A DNA stretch of 64,000 nucleotides from an uncultured Rhodospirillales bacterium. Its GTDB lineage: Bacteria > Pseudomonadota > Alphaproteobacteria > Rhodospirillales > UBA2165. Positions within the stretch are counted from its first letter, which is position 1; each line of letters begins with the position of its first letter. The stretch covers positions 6,561-70,560 of the forward strand of contig CAJXKD010000003.1 of NCBI GenBank assembly GCA_913055735.1, written 5' to 3'. The position numbers and the translations under genes were made by a program. The notes under the pieces were generated by a model. That model made no database searches, was not told the DNA's origin, and saw only the letters and a list, made by a program, of their open reading frames with translations. Shown here piece after piece: positions 1 through 8,207 of the stretch.

Positions 1-780
1 GCGGTTCTGACGAACACCAAAGGGACGGCCGGGCCCAGTTCCGTCACCGGCACTACGGTCGTCTCGGAGGGCACGCCGTCGGTTCGAATTGGCACGTCCT
101 GGGTGGATGTGCGGCTTACATACACGACGAGCGTCCCCCAACCGGGTGAAATCACCCTGCTGATCACTTGCCCCAATGGGACAACGCAGCCGGCCAATCC
201 GGATAGGGTCGGCTCCGGCTATGTCGAATACCTGATCGACAATCCTACCCCAGGAACTTATACGTCATCTGTCGTGGTCGGTGCTGGACATGTAAGCAGC
301 ACTACGATCGGCGGCGTCGATCACAGCCAGCAAGCAAGCCTGACTTACACGGATCCGGGCGACGTGCGGGTAGGCGGTACCGTAACGGTACCTTGCCGGG
401 TCCTGGATGCCGACGGCTCACCGGTGGAACGGTGGAGCCTTTCGGGACATGTCGAGTCACCACTGATCGATCCCGATACGGCGCTTGCGCAAAACCGGGC
501 GGAGCTGGATGCGCTCGACCTTAAACCGGAGGAAGAAGACGGGGAAATCAGCGACAATCAACGGATGCTGACACTGGATCAAATACGTGGGCCGAACAAC
601 CCGGTGATCCCACGCGCCCAGCTTCCGCTGTCGATCTCACACGGCGAGGGCGAGAACCGTTTCAGCTTCACGCCGCAGACAAAGGGCACCCACATCGCGC
701 AATTTATGGCGACGGGACACGCGCCCAAGGCCGGACGCGATTTCAGCCTCGTGCGCGTCGCGACCATAGCAGCCGACTAA
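1..780 (+). CDS. hypothetical protein, 5'-partial (continues upstream of window)
   Basis: Frame 1 has no stop from nt 1 to the TAA at 778-780. The tracked ORF 103..780 (GTG start) is therefore probably only the tail of a longer gene. The sequence is Thr/Val/Gly-rich and strand-like (GTYTSSVVVGAGH, TVTVPCRVLDADGSPVERWSL), which suggests beta-sandwich repeats. It is the first gene of the co-directional cluster. No family recognised. Confidence 0.6.
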   Translation, partial: AVLTNTKGTAGPSSVTGTTVVSEGTPSVRIGTSWVDVRLTYTTSVPQPGEITLLITCPNGTTQPANPDRVGSGYVEYLIDNPTPGTYTSSVVVGAGHVSSTTIGGVDHSQQASLTYTDPGDVRVGGTVTVPCRVLDADGSPVERWSLSGHVESPLIDPDTALAQNRAELDALDLKPEEEDGEISDNQRMLTLDQIRGPNNPVIPRAQLPLSISHGEGENRFSFTPQTKGTHIAQFMATGHAPKAGRDFSLVRVATIAAD

Positions 781-805
781 AACGCGCCATGCGGGAAGGC
801 GCTGC

Positions 806-1513
806 ATGATGGGAACGCCGTCAACCGGCCCGGCCGGCACGTTCACGCAGTACAGTACGACGAAGCTGTACTGCTATCCGGACGTGACGAGCCCACAGTT
901 GTTTTACTGGTGCACCGCGGAGACGCTGCCGTCGGAGCCGTTTTCCATCGCGCAGGCATGGGGCGGCGGCGCCTATGCGGGCTGGTTCCTGTTCGTCAGC
1001 GACCCCGCCGTCAATCTCGCCAATCCGAAAGCGGTCAGCCAGGCGATGGGGAATCTCGCCGAACCACCGGCGCAGAACAGCGGCGGGTTCCTGTGGCTGT
1101 ATGTCGACGGCGGGTCCGACCTCACTCTCCCGGTCTCCGGTGACGTATTGGCGGCGGGTGCGGTGTTCGGTACCTCGTCGGGACTGCATCAGCTCGAACT
1201 GAAGAAAGGTGCACCAATAATCTTGCAGGGCGACGGAACCAGCTTCGCGATCCTGTATCCGGAAGGGCTTCCCCAGGCAGACCCGCCGGAGAAAAAAGCG
1301 GCGTTCCCCATCGTACTTGATCTGCTGGGGTTGAATGCGGGCCGGTTCTCGTTCACCGGGTTCCAGCCCTACGGCGACATTTATTATCAGTATGATTTGG
1401 TCGTCGATCCGCTGGATCCGGCCGGGAGTTCCAGCACCTTCGCGCGCTACGCGATCCAACTCGTCCCCACCGGCGAGGCGTTTCCCGCCTATGCCATTCG
1501 GCCGCTGTCGTAG
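806..1513 (+). CDS. hypothetical protein (235 aa)
   Basis: The ATG is preceded by GGGAAGG about 9 nt upstream. It starts 25 nt after the previous stop and ends 11 nt before the next start. Codon style matches its neighbours. The N-terminus carries STGPAGT, a GPTG-like motif. No recognisable catalytic or sorting motif. Confidence 0.7.
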   Translation: MMGTPSTGPAGTFTQYSTTKLYCYPDVTSPQLFYWCTAETLPSEPFSIAQAWGGGAYAGWFLFVSDPAVNLANPKAVSQAMGNLAEPPAQNSGGFLWLYVDGGSDLTLPVSGDVLAAGAVFGTSSGLHQLELKKGAPIILQGDGTSFAILYPEGLPQADPPEKKAAFPIVLDLLGLNAGRFSFTGFQPYGDIYYQYDLVVDPLDPAGSSSTFARYAIQLVPTGEAFPAYAIRPLS

Positions 1514-1524
1514 GGAGGCGCGCG

Positions 1525-4440
1525 ATGGCAGGTAACAGAGACCGGCTCCCGCAAAACCCCGACGGCCCCCTGGCCGCTCCCCAGAGTGCCGGTCCCACGC
1601 CCTTCGGGGAGCTGTGCTACGTTCTGCAGGACGAAACCGGCGAACGTTGCCAGCCGGTTGCCTTTACCGGCGAGCCGTCCGCCACCGGACCGTTCCTGTT
1701 TTCGTCTCCGCTGCGTACGATCTACAACGATCCAGTCTATCTGGAACCGCAGGGCGACGCGGGTTCCCGGAATTGTGTGCGGCCGAGCCCGACGGGTCCC
1801 ATGTATTATGCCGCGCCGAGCGGGTCCTTCACCCTGGTGATATCGGGAGAGACGGCGGGGCAGGGGAAAACCCATTACTTGTTGTGCGGTCTGTCCGGTA
1901 CCGAAAATATTGCGTTTCAGACCGGTGACGTGCTCACCCTTTTTCCGTCCAAGCCGGCTTACGCCGGAACGTTTCCCGTGTTCGGCCCCACCGCCACACC
2001 TCCGGCGGCGGGCGAAGATTTGCTCAGCGACCGGTACACGACATCCTGGGCCGTCGTGACCCCCGGACCGAGCAGCACGTCCGGAAAGACCACCTATTAT
2101 GCGCAGCCGCAGCAGGCGCCGTTGTTCCTTCCCGGCGCAACGTCGGTGACCGGGGCGACGGGGGCGACGATCCTCGACCTGTACCCCGCACCCGCTGCCG
2201 AGTTCGGTCCCACCGCCGCGGCCGGGCCGACCGGCCTATCCTTTCCGCTGTTTCCTTATGCCGGTGTCGAGAAGGTTGGTCCGACGTCTATGACCGACGG
2301 CATCCCCGCGTTTACCGCCGAGGACATGGAGCTTTTCGAGCAGCAGGTTCTGGGACCGACACGGCGTGCCGCCATCGCCGCGGCGGGCGGGACAGGTCCT
2401 ATCGGCGCCGCCGACGATGCGGGCGCGACCCTGACCACGACGCCGCAGGGTTTTCTGACTACCGTCAGCGGCCTGCAATGGCAGAAGGTCGTGCTCGCCA
2501 GCAGCAGTCCCACCGGGCCGGAAAACCCGCCACCGCTCCAGTTCACCGACCTGACCAAAGACCTTCAGAACGCGCTGCAGACCAATCAGCTTTTTCTCGT
2601 CGTGACAAAGAAGGCGCCGCTCGGGGCATTTCAGGAAATTCTTAGCATCGAGGGATGGCCGTTCATCTTCAACGTTGGATCGCCGTCGGGCACGACGGAT
2701 TTCTCCAACGTTCTGGTTTTTAAGTTCCGGCCCGGTGCGCTCGTCGACCTCGTCGCCTCGCCGTCTGCCTGGACACAGGCTGAGACCTTCAACGAGACGG
2801 AAAACGTCGCCCCCGTTTCGTCCTGGTTGCAGGCTTACTTCAGCCAAGCGCTGAGTTGGGTGAACGAGTATCCCGACTTTCAGGATTTCGTCGACATCAT
2901 CACCAATCCCGGTTGGACCGGTGTCCTCGCCCTCAAGACGACCATCGACCTAGACGAATTCCCGGCACAGCTCAAGGGACTGCTCGGCGGCATCGACCTC
3001 AGCGAGTTCGACGCACACCATGTCGGAATAGAGGTGAACTTCGTCGACGTGCAAGATGGCCAACTCGTCGCCCCGCAGAGTTCGCTATTCGCCCTGATCA
3101 ACTATGTCAGCCCGGCTTATGCGCACGAACACAACCTGCCGACCTCGGCGGGTGCAACAGGTACGACGGGCGGCACGGATCCGACCGGGCCAACAGGCGC
3201 GACGGGGCCGGCTGCCTCCGGCCCCTACGATTTCAGTGTCGAAGTGCTGCAGGTCCTGTTCGAGAATTCGAAGATCAAGGATTTCTTCAGCCGTATAAAA
3301 TTGACGGCGTCGAGTTGGTTCGACGAGCAGGCGACGGTAGAGACCGACGCGTCCGGCGCGAGCCTGCCGTCCTACGACATCGAACTCGACGGCCATTACG
3401 AGGACCATCACGGCCATCCCAGCTACACCTTCGTCACGGCCAAGGGACAGCATTATACGTTCGGACTCGACAGCGCGATCCTGAACTATCTGGAGGTCGA
3501 GAAGGCGCAGTTCGTCACCGAGCGCAGCAAGACGGCGACGGGTCCAACCGCCACGACGGACAGCATTCAGACGGCCTTCAACTTCTGGGGCTATATGAAT
3601 TTCAAGCCGCTGCCGGGCTTCGACATCTTCTCGTTCGGCAGTCCCACCGGCGCGGTCCAGGACGGGCAGGGGCTCTATTTCTCGAACCTGTCCGTCGGCA
3701 TGGACTTCGAAGTGATCAGCGGCACGGGTCCGACCGCGGGACCGCCCACCGTGCAGGACCGCGCTTTCACCTTCGAACCTAGCGGCATGGCGTTCGACCC
3801 GTCGCTCAGCACCTTGCGGCCCGGCAGTCTCCTGTCCGGGTTCCCGATGGCGATCCAAGGACTTATTCCCGGCGTTTCGGGGGCCAGTGGGCCGGGGCCG
3901 CAGCCGTCGGCGATGGGCTACCGCGCGATCACCTTGCCGCCCGAGGCACAGGTCGGGCCGCTCGGGAGTCAATGGTACGCGCTGCAGCTCCATCTCCAAA
4001 TGGGCAGCATGGGGGCGCTGGCCGCGAAGGCCGGGTTCGTCGGCAACGTGCTCGCCGCGTGGAGCCCGTCGGCCCCGGCGCAGGCGATGCTGGGCATCAA
4101 GCTGCCCGGCGGCGACAATTCCGGCTTCTCGCTGGAAAACGTCCTCAAGCTCAAGATCGGCGACATCGCCTTTGTGCAGGAGGCGGCGCCCACGGGCCCG
4201 ACCGGCGCCACCGGGGCGACGGGAGCAACGGGGCCAACGGGACCGGCCGGCGGCGGCCGCTACATGCTGCAGATGAAACATCTGGGGCTCAGCCTCGTCG
4301 GCGTCACGTTCCCGCCGCACGGCAACACGGATCTGTATTTGTTCGGCCCGACCGCGACGGCCGCGTCGCTGCACCCAAGCGATCTCGGCTGGTACGGCGC
4401 CTATGTCGGTCCCACCGCCCCCGGCGGGCCGACGGGTTGA
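1525..4440 (+). CDS. giant hypothetical protein (971 aa) with scattered GPT/GPTG motifs and short Gly-X-Thr collagen-like runs
   Basis: Long uninterrupted ORF with a GGGAGG RBS 7 nt upstream. I counted at least 15 GPT-containing motifs, plus runs such as GPTGATGATGATGPTGPAGGG, and it ends ...GPTAPGGPTG*. No N-terminal signal peptide, TM segment or true P-loop seen. No family recognised. Confidence 0.85.
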   Translation: MAGNRDRLPQNPDGPLAAPQSAGPTPFGELCYVLQDETGERCQPVAFTGEPSATGPFLFSSPLRTIYNDPVYLEPQGDAGSRNCVRPSPTGPMYYAAPSGSFTLVISGETAGQGKTHYLLCGLSGTENIAFQTGDVLTLFPSKPAYAGTFPVFGPTATPPAAGEDLLSDRYTTSWAVVTPGPSSTSGKTTYYAQPQQAPLFLPGATSVTGATGATILDLYPAPAAEFGPTAAAGPTGLSFPLFPYAGVEKVGPTSMTDGIPAFTAEDMELFEQQVLGPTRRAAIAAAGGTGPIGAADDAGATLTTTPQGFLTTVSGLQWQKVVLASSSPTGPENPPPLQFTDLTKDLQNALQTNQLFLVVTKKAPLGAFQEILSIEGWPFIFNVGSPSGTTDFSNVLVFKFRPGALVDLVASPSAWTQAETFNETENVAPVSSWLQAYFSQALSWVNEYPDFQDFVDIITNPGWTGVLALKTTIDLDEFPAQLKGLLGGIDLSEFDAHHVGIEVNFVDVQDGQLVAPQSSLFALINYVSPAYAHEHNLPTSAGATGTTGGTDPTGPTGATGPAASGPYDFSVEVLQVLFENSKIKDFFSRIKLTASSWFDEQATVETDASGASLPSYDIELDGHYEDHHGHPSYTFVTAKGQHYTFGLDSAILNYLEVEKAQFVTERSKTATGPTATTDSIQTAFNFWGYMNFKPLPGFDIFSFGSPTGAVQDGQGLYFSNLSVGMDFEVISGTGPTAGPPTVQDRAFTFEPSGMAFDPSLSTLRPGSLLSGFPMAIQGLIPGVSGASGPGPQPSAMGYRAITLPPEAQVGPLGSQWYALQLHLQMGSMGALAAKAGFVGNVLAAWSPSAPAQAMLGIKLPGGDNSGFSLENVLKLKIGDIAFVQEAAPTGPTGATGATGATGPTGPAGGGRYMLQMKHLGLSLVGVTFPPHGNTDLYLFGPTATAASLHPSDLGWYGAYVGPTAPGGPTG
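3151..3213 (+). repeat. in-frame Gly-X-Thr triplet run (GATGTTGGTDPTGPTGATGPA) inside the 971-aa gene
   Basis: Direct reading of codons ggt gca aca ggt acg acg ggc ggc acg gat ccg acc ggg cca aca ggc gcg acg ggg ccg gct. The G-X-Y periodicity has one Asp interruption. Confidence 0.8.
4195..4257 (+). repeat. in-frame collagen-like Gly-X-Y run (GPT GAT GAT GAT GPT GPA GGG) inside the 971-aa gene
   Basis: Seven consecutive G-X-Y triplets read directly from the codons. Thr occupies Y in five of them. Confidence 0.85.
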
Positions 4441-4454
4441 GAGGAGAGGATGGT

Positions 4455-5846
4455 ATGAGACCGCTTACCTATTTAGCAGTCGATCCACCGGCAACGCTTC
4501 CGCGGCAGGGGAACTCTGGCCTTCGCGTTGACCTCTTGACGATCTTGGCGCCGACCGGGGCTACGGTCGGCGGATACAAACAATACACGTTGCCCAATTA
4601 CGTACAGATACTTGGTTTTCTGCAGAAGATAGTCGTCACGAACGAGGGCGGCGATAGCCCGGCCGGGAATCCAATTACGGTGGACGGTGCTAAGGATATT
4701 CTTACGGAGATGACGACCACGCAGAACAATCTGGGGCTGTCTGCGATTTACGGCGCGTTCCGCCGCAACCTGATGTCGGCGTACGGCCAGTTCTGCTCAT
4801 ATTGCGAACTGCCGGTCGGATCGAGCGGGCTGGCCGTCGAACACTTGCTTGCCAAATCGGTTTTTCCGGATATCGCGTGTAGTCCCGGCAACCTGCTTCT
4901 GGCTTGCCCAATGTGCAATTCTTTCAAGGGCACGGCGCCGACGCCGACCGGAGACGACGCTTATGACTGGCCCGTCGACTGGGCCAACTCCGAACCAGCG
5001 ATTCCCAATCCCCCGGTAACGTGGGACCAATACGGACAGATCAAAAACGTTCTCTACAATGCCTATATGTGGCCGCTCTACCAAGCAGCCTACAAAAATT
5101 TCAATCGAGCGCTGATGTATCAGGAGGCTGCGGGCGGCGCGTTCCAGAAGGCTGCAGGTTCTTTCGATTTTGCCGGTGTATCGATTGTTTCGACGGCAGG
5201 CGGCGTAATCAAAGCGGTGCTGCCAGAGGTGGCGCCTGGCCCTGTGAGTTTTACCGTCCAGGTCTGGGTGACAAGCGGAATGGCGGATTTTATTGGCCCC
5301 GACTCGGTTCTCACAAGCGATCCCACATTTCCTGCCCCACCCGCAGGCGTAGATCCCAACAGCAAGCAAATGGTTCCAGCATACACCGATACCAACGGGC
5401 AGGGCATGCTGAACCTCAATAACGACGACGCCAGTCAATCCTATACCGACCGGCGTATGTACAACCGCACCCTGGCCTGGTTTGCCGCCCTTGGTGCCCT
5501 GGACCGCTTGAACGATGCGATGGAAATCGGCGAACCCGCCTACAATTTAGTGATGCAGGAAGTCGCAAGCAGTGCGACGACGTCCGGCTTCTTCTCGATC
5601 TGGTTCGCGGTTTTCAACGCGAATGCGCCGACTGCGCCCGGCGACTTCGGACCTGTTGCCAACCCGCCGCCCGACGACCCAGGCAACATTCCGGATGCCA
5701 CCGTCGATTTTGTCAACGGCACGGTCAAACACGCGTACCCGCCGCCGCCACCGCCTCCACCGGCGCCACCAGCGGGTGTTGGTTTCCCCGGCACCAACGT
5801 CATTAATACGATTCCCGCGCCACCGGCGCCGCCGGAGGAGGAATAG
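4455..5846 (+). CDS. HNH endonuclease-domain protein, paralogue 1 (463 aa), Pro-rich C-terminus
   Basis: ATG at 4455 (MRPLTYL) has a GAGGAGAGG RBS. The tracked ORF 3972..5846 extends upstream only by overlapping the previous gene out of frame. HNH/zinc-finger motif: FCSYCELPVGSSGLAVEHLLAK...NLLLACPMCNSFKG. The C-terminus is PPPPPPPPAPPAGVGFPGTNVINTIPAPPAPPEEE. Confidence 0.85.
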   Translation: MRPLTYLAVDPPATLPRQGNSGLRVDLLTILAPTGATVGGYKQYTLPNYVQILGFLQKIVVTNEGGDSPAGNPITVDGAKDILTEMTTTQNNLGLSAIYGAFRRNLMSAYGQFCSYCELPVGSSGLAVEHLLAKSVFPDIACSPGNLLLACPMCNSFKGTAPTPTGDDAYDWPVDWANSEPAIPNPPVTWDQYGQIKNVLYNAYMWPLYQAAYKNFNRALMYQEAAGGAFQKAAGSFDFAGVSIVSTAGGVIKAVLPEVAPGPVSFTVQVWVTSGMADFIGPDSVLTSDPTFPAPPAGVDPNSKQMVPAYTDTNGQGMLNLNNDDASQSYTDRRMYNRTLAWFAALGALDRLNDAMEIGEPAYNLVMQEVASSATTSGFFSIWFAVFNANAPTAPGDFGPVANPPPDDPGNIPDATVDFVNGTVKHAYPPPPPPPPAPPAGVGFPGTNVINTIPAPPAPPEEE

Positions 5847-5915
5847 AGGTATGAAACGATGCAATCTTCAGACACCGCTTGCGGTGGGCCGACAGGTTGA
5901 GAGGAGGCCATTGTC

Positions 5916-7331
5916 ATGAGGCCGATCACGAAAATAGCCCCCACGTCGGCTCAGTATCCGGGTCCTGCGAATTATGGAGTGAATCTTGGCAATCCGATTG
6001 TCACTTTTCTTATAAATTCTGGCGTCGTGCATTCGACGACACCGACTTCAATCACCTTTGCACAATACAATGCTGGTCTTGTTAAAATTCAGAACCGATT
6101 GGTAATGCGTAAGGGGAATAATCCTACTACATCTGAAGCTGGTGATCTTAAGGTTGATCTAACCACTAAAAGTGGTGGCGTTTTCGCACTCTCCTCAATT
6201 TATGGGACGGCGAGATTGCATCTGATATCCAATCTGGGCGCATTTTGCTCTTTTTGTGAAATGCCGGTTGGGGACAGTAACTTGGCAGTTGAGCACATGA
6301 TTCCCAAAGATAAATTTTTGATCGAAGCCACTGACTACGACAACTTTCTGCTTTGCTGTCCGACTTGCAATTCCTGTAAGGAAGAATTTCCATGCACTGA
6401 CAACTATAGCATACCTATTGGATGGGCGGACACAGCAATACCGCCATGTCCTGCCGGTACACTTCCCTTAAGTACCCGGACACTCAACAAATTTCCGAGC
6501 ACCGTCGGTTCGTATCAGCAACTAACATCGGTCCTCCGTAATGCCTACATGTGGCCTATATACCCTGGTGCATACAGAAATTTTCACCACGAAATTCAGT
6601 CGAACCCTAATTCTTTACCACTAACACACACACCGGCCCAGAAGACCACTTGGTTAGCTGGTTTTGTACCGGTTACGGCGGCGCCTGATCCCGCCAATGA
6701 CCGGATAACGGCCGTACAAGATGGACAGGTGACTGCAATCGTCGGCGGAGGGACAACCGCCGAGATTGTGCGTGTCAGGGTGAGTGGTGTGGGGGGAACG
6801 ATAGCCGCGAATTCAGTGCCCGCACCCAATCCCGCCGCGGTAGCTGGATACCCCTCAGCCGGTGCGGCTCCAAACAGTCATGCGATGGTTGAGAAAAGAA
6901 ATTCTACGACCGGGGATGGCATGCTCAATCTCAATAAGATGGACATCGATTGGAGTTTCTCTGATCGGCGGGTCGTCAACCGCACAAAGGCATGGTTCGC
7001 GGCTTTGTCCGCGTTTAACCGGCTGAACATCGCGCAGGGCGTCACCGGTGCCGCCAGTGCGGCCTACCAACTTATGTTACAGGAGGTTTGCAGTACCGCC
7101 GGAGCGATGGGTTTCTTCTCGACATGGGTCAGGGCTTTTGACGGTCAGGCGCCCGCGACGCCCGGTCCAACCGGTCCAATCCCTGGCGGGGCGCCGCCGG
7201 GTCCACCACCGCCACCCAACGTTGTCCCAAATGCTACGGTCGATTTCGTCATGCGATCCACCGGGAACGTTACTCCGGCACCCGCGGTTGTCGAATTTCC
7301 CGGCACCAATATCGCCAACACCATTCCCTGA
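5916..7331 (+). CDS. HNH endonuclease-domain protein, paralogue 2 (471 aa), mosaic GC content
   Basis: Starts MRPITKI with a GAGGAGG RBS. HNH motif: FCSFCEMPVGDSNLAVEHMIPK...NFLLCCPTCNSCKE. It shares blocks with paralogue 1: NAYMWP(L/I)Y, G(Q/D)GMLNLN, AWFAAL, VDFV...FPGTN(V/I)xNTIP. The 5' third is visibly AT-richer than the rest of the operon. Confidence 0.85.
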   Translation: MRPITKIAPTSAQYPGPANYGVNLGNPIVTFLINSGVVHSTTPTSITFAQYNAGLVKIQNRLVMRKGNNPTTSEAGDLKVDLTTKSGGVFALSSIYGTARLHLISNLGAFCSFCEMPVGDSNLAVEHMIPKDKFLIEATDYDNFLLCCPTCNSCKEEFPCTDNYSIPIGWADTAIPPCPAGTLPLSTRTLNKFPSTVGSYQQLTSVLRNAYMWPIYPGAYRNFHHEIQSNPNSLPLTHTPAQKTTWLAGFVPVTAAPDPANDRITAVQDGQVTAIVGGGTTAEIVRVRVSGVGGTIAANSVPAPNPAAVAGYPSAGAAPNSHAMVEKRNSTTGDGMLNLNKMDIDWSFSDRRVVNRTKAWFAALSAFNRLNIAQGVTGAASAAYQLMLQEVCSTAGAMGFFSTWVRAFDGQAPATPGPTGPIPGGAPPGPPPPPNVVPNATVDFVMRSTGNVTPAPAVVEFPGTNIANTIP

Positions 7332-7346
7332 ACGCGGAGAGAGGCA

Positions 7347-8207
7347 ATGAGACCATTGGACAAACAGATGCCACCCGTCTGGGAGGCCTATCCCGACGGA
7401 CAACGCGTGCCAACCGGTGTTGCGAATAACCACTTGCTCGACGCGGTCGGGGAATATTGCTCCTACTGCGAGATGCGGCTCGGCGGCGGGGCGATCCTGC
7501 ATCACAAGCTGCAGCGAGAGATGCCCGAATCCGTGCCGAAGGAGGATTGGCGGCACCTGTTGCTGATCTGCTACGACTGCCGCCGCCACATGACGGAAGA
7601 CGCGCTCACGCCGGACCGGCTCGATGATTACCTCTGGCCGGACGCCCACCCGTCCTTCAGCCTGCACGCGGACAGCCCGTTCAGGTACCGCCTGAAACCG
7701 GTTCCCTATGTCATCACCGACGAGGACGGCAGCCGGGAAGAACATGACGAGGAATTCGTTTTCGTCGAGGTCAATCCGGAGGCGGGCGCGGAGCTTCGGC
7801 GCAAGGCGGCCAACACCATTGAGCTGTTCAAGCTGAACAGCCCCTATTACGACGATTCCCGCCACATCCTGGAGGTGCCGCGCAGCGATCACCTGCAGGT
7901 GCTGTGCAACCGGCTGCAACAGCGCACGCAGGCGTGGACACGGGCACAGGCGTCGGTTTCCCGGGTCCGGCAAATGCGGGAGCTTCCCGAGGTGCGGGAG
8001 AACCCGGATCTGGAGCAACTCCTTCATCAGCAGATCACTCACACCGCGCACGGTAAGGGCAACTGGTCTGTGTGGATGACTGTGTTCTGGCAGGAATTGG
8101 AGGAAAAGGATGTGCTCGAACGCATCTTCCTTGAAATGCCGGAGGACAATCCCGGCTTCCACTTTGCCGGTACGCATTTCGGCCAACTGCGCTGGGAGGC
8201 GCTATGA
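7347..8207 (+). CDS. HNH endonuclease-domain protein, paralogue 3 (286 aa, short form)
   Basis: Starts MRPLDKQ. Motif: YCSYCEMRLGGGAILHHKL...HLLLICYDCRRHM (CxxC...HH...CxxC). It lacks the Pro-rich tail. Its stop overlaps the next start (ATGA at 8204-8207). Confidence 0.8.
   Translation: MRPLDKQMPPVWEAYPDGQRVPTGVANNHLLDAVGEYCSYCEMRLGGGAILHHKLQREMPESVPKEDWRHLLLICYDCRRHMTEDALTPDRLDDYLWPDAHPSFSLHADSPFRYRLKPVPYVITDEDGSREEHDEEFVFVEVNPEAGAELRRKAANTIELFKLNSPYYDDSRHILEVPRSDHLQVLCNRLQQRTQAWTRAQASVSRVRQMRELPEVRENPDLEQLLHQQITHTAHGKGNWSVWMTVFWQELEEKDVLERIFLEMPEDNPGFHFAGTHFGQLRWEAL

Noticed and set aside
1846-1872. Walker-A-like string GETAGQGKT in the 971-aa protein (a possible ATPase partner for the HNH nucleases).
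   Set aside because: It does not fit G/A-x4-G-K-S/T, because the residue six positions before Lys is Glu. No Walker B or other NTPase motif follows.
3085-4374. 429-aa ORF on the minus strand inside the 971-aa gene (similar cases: 2236..2847, 821..1459, 7077..8186, 9386..10294, 11204..12163).
   Set aside because: These are Arg/Gly/Ala/Pro-rich low-complexity translations, typical of antisense shadow ORFs in GC-rich DNA. Each is fully nested in a longer sense ORF that has an RBS and operon context.
3972-4454. N-terminal 161-aa extension of the HNH paralogue 1 ORF as given in the ORF track (3972..5846).
   Set aside because: The extension overlaps the 3' end of the 971-aa gene in another frame and is Arg/Gly-rich. 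ATG 4455 has a strong RBS and matches the M-R-P start shared by all three paralogues.
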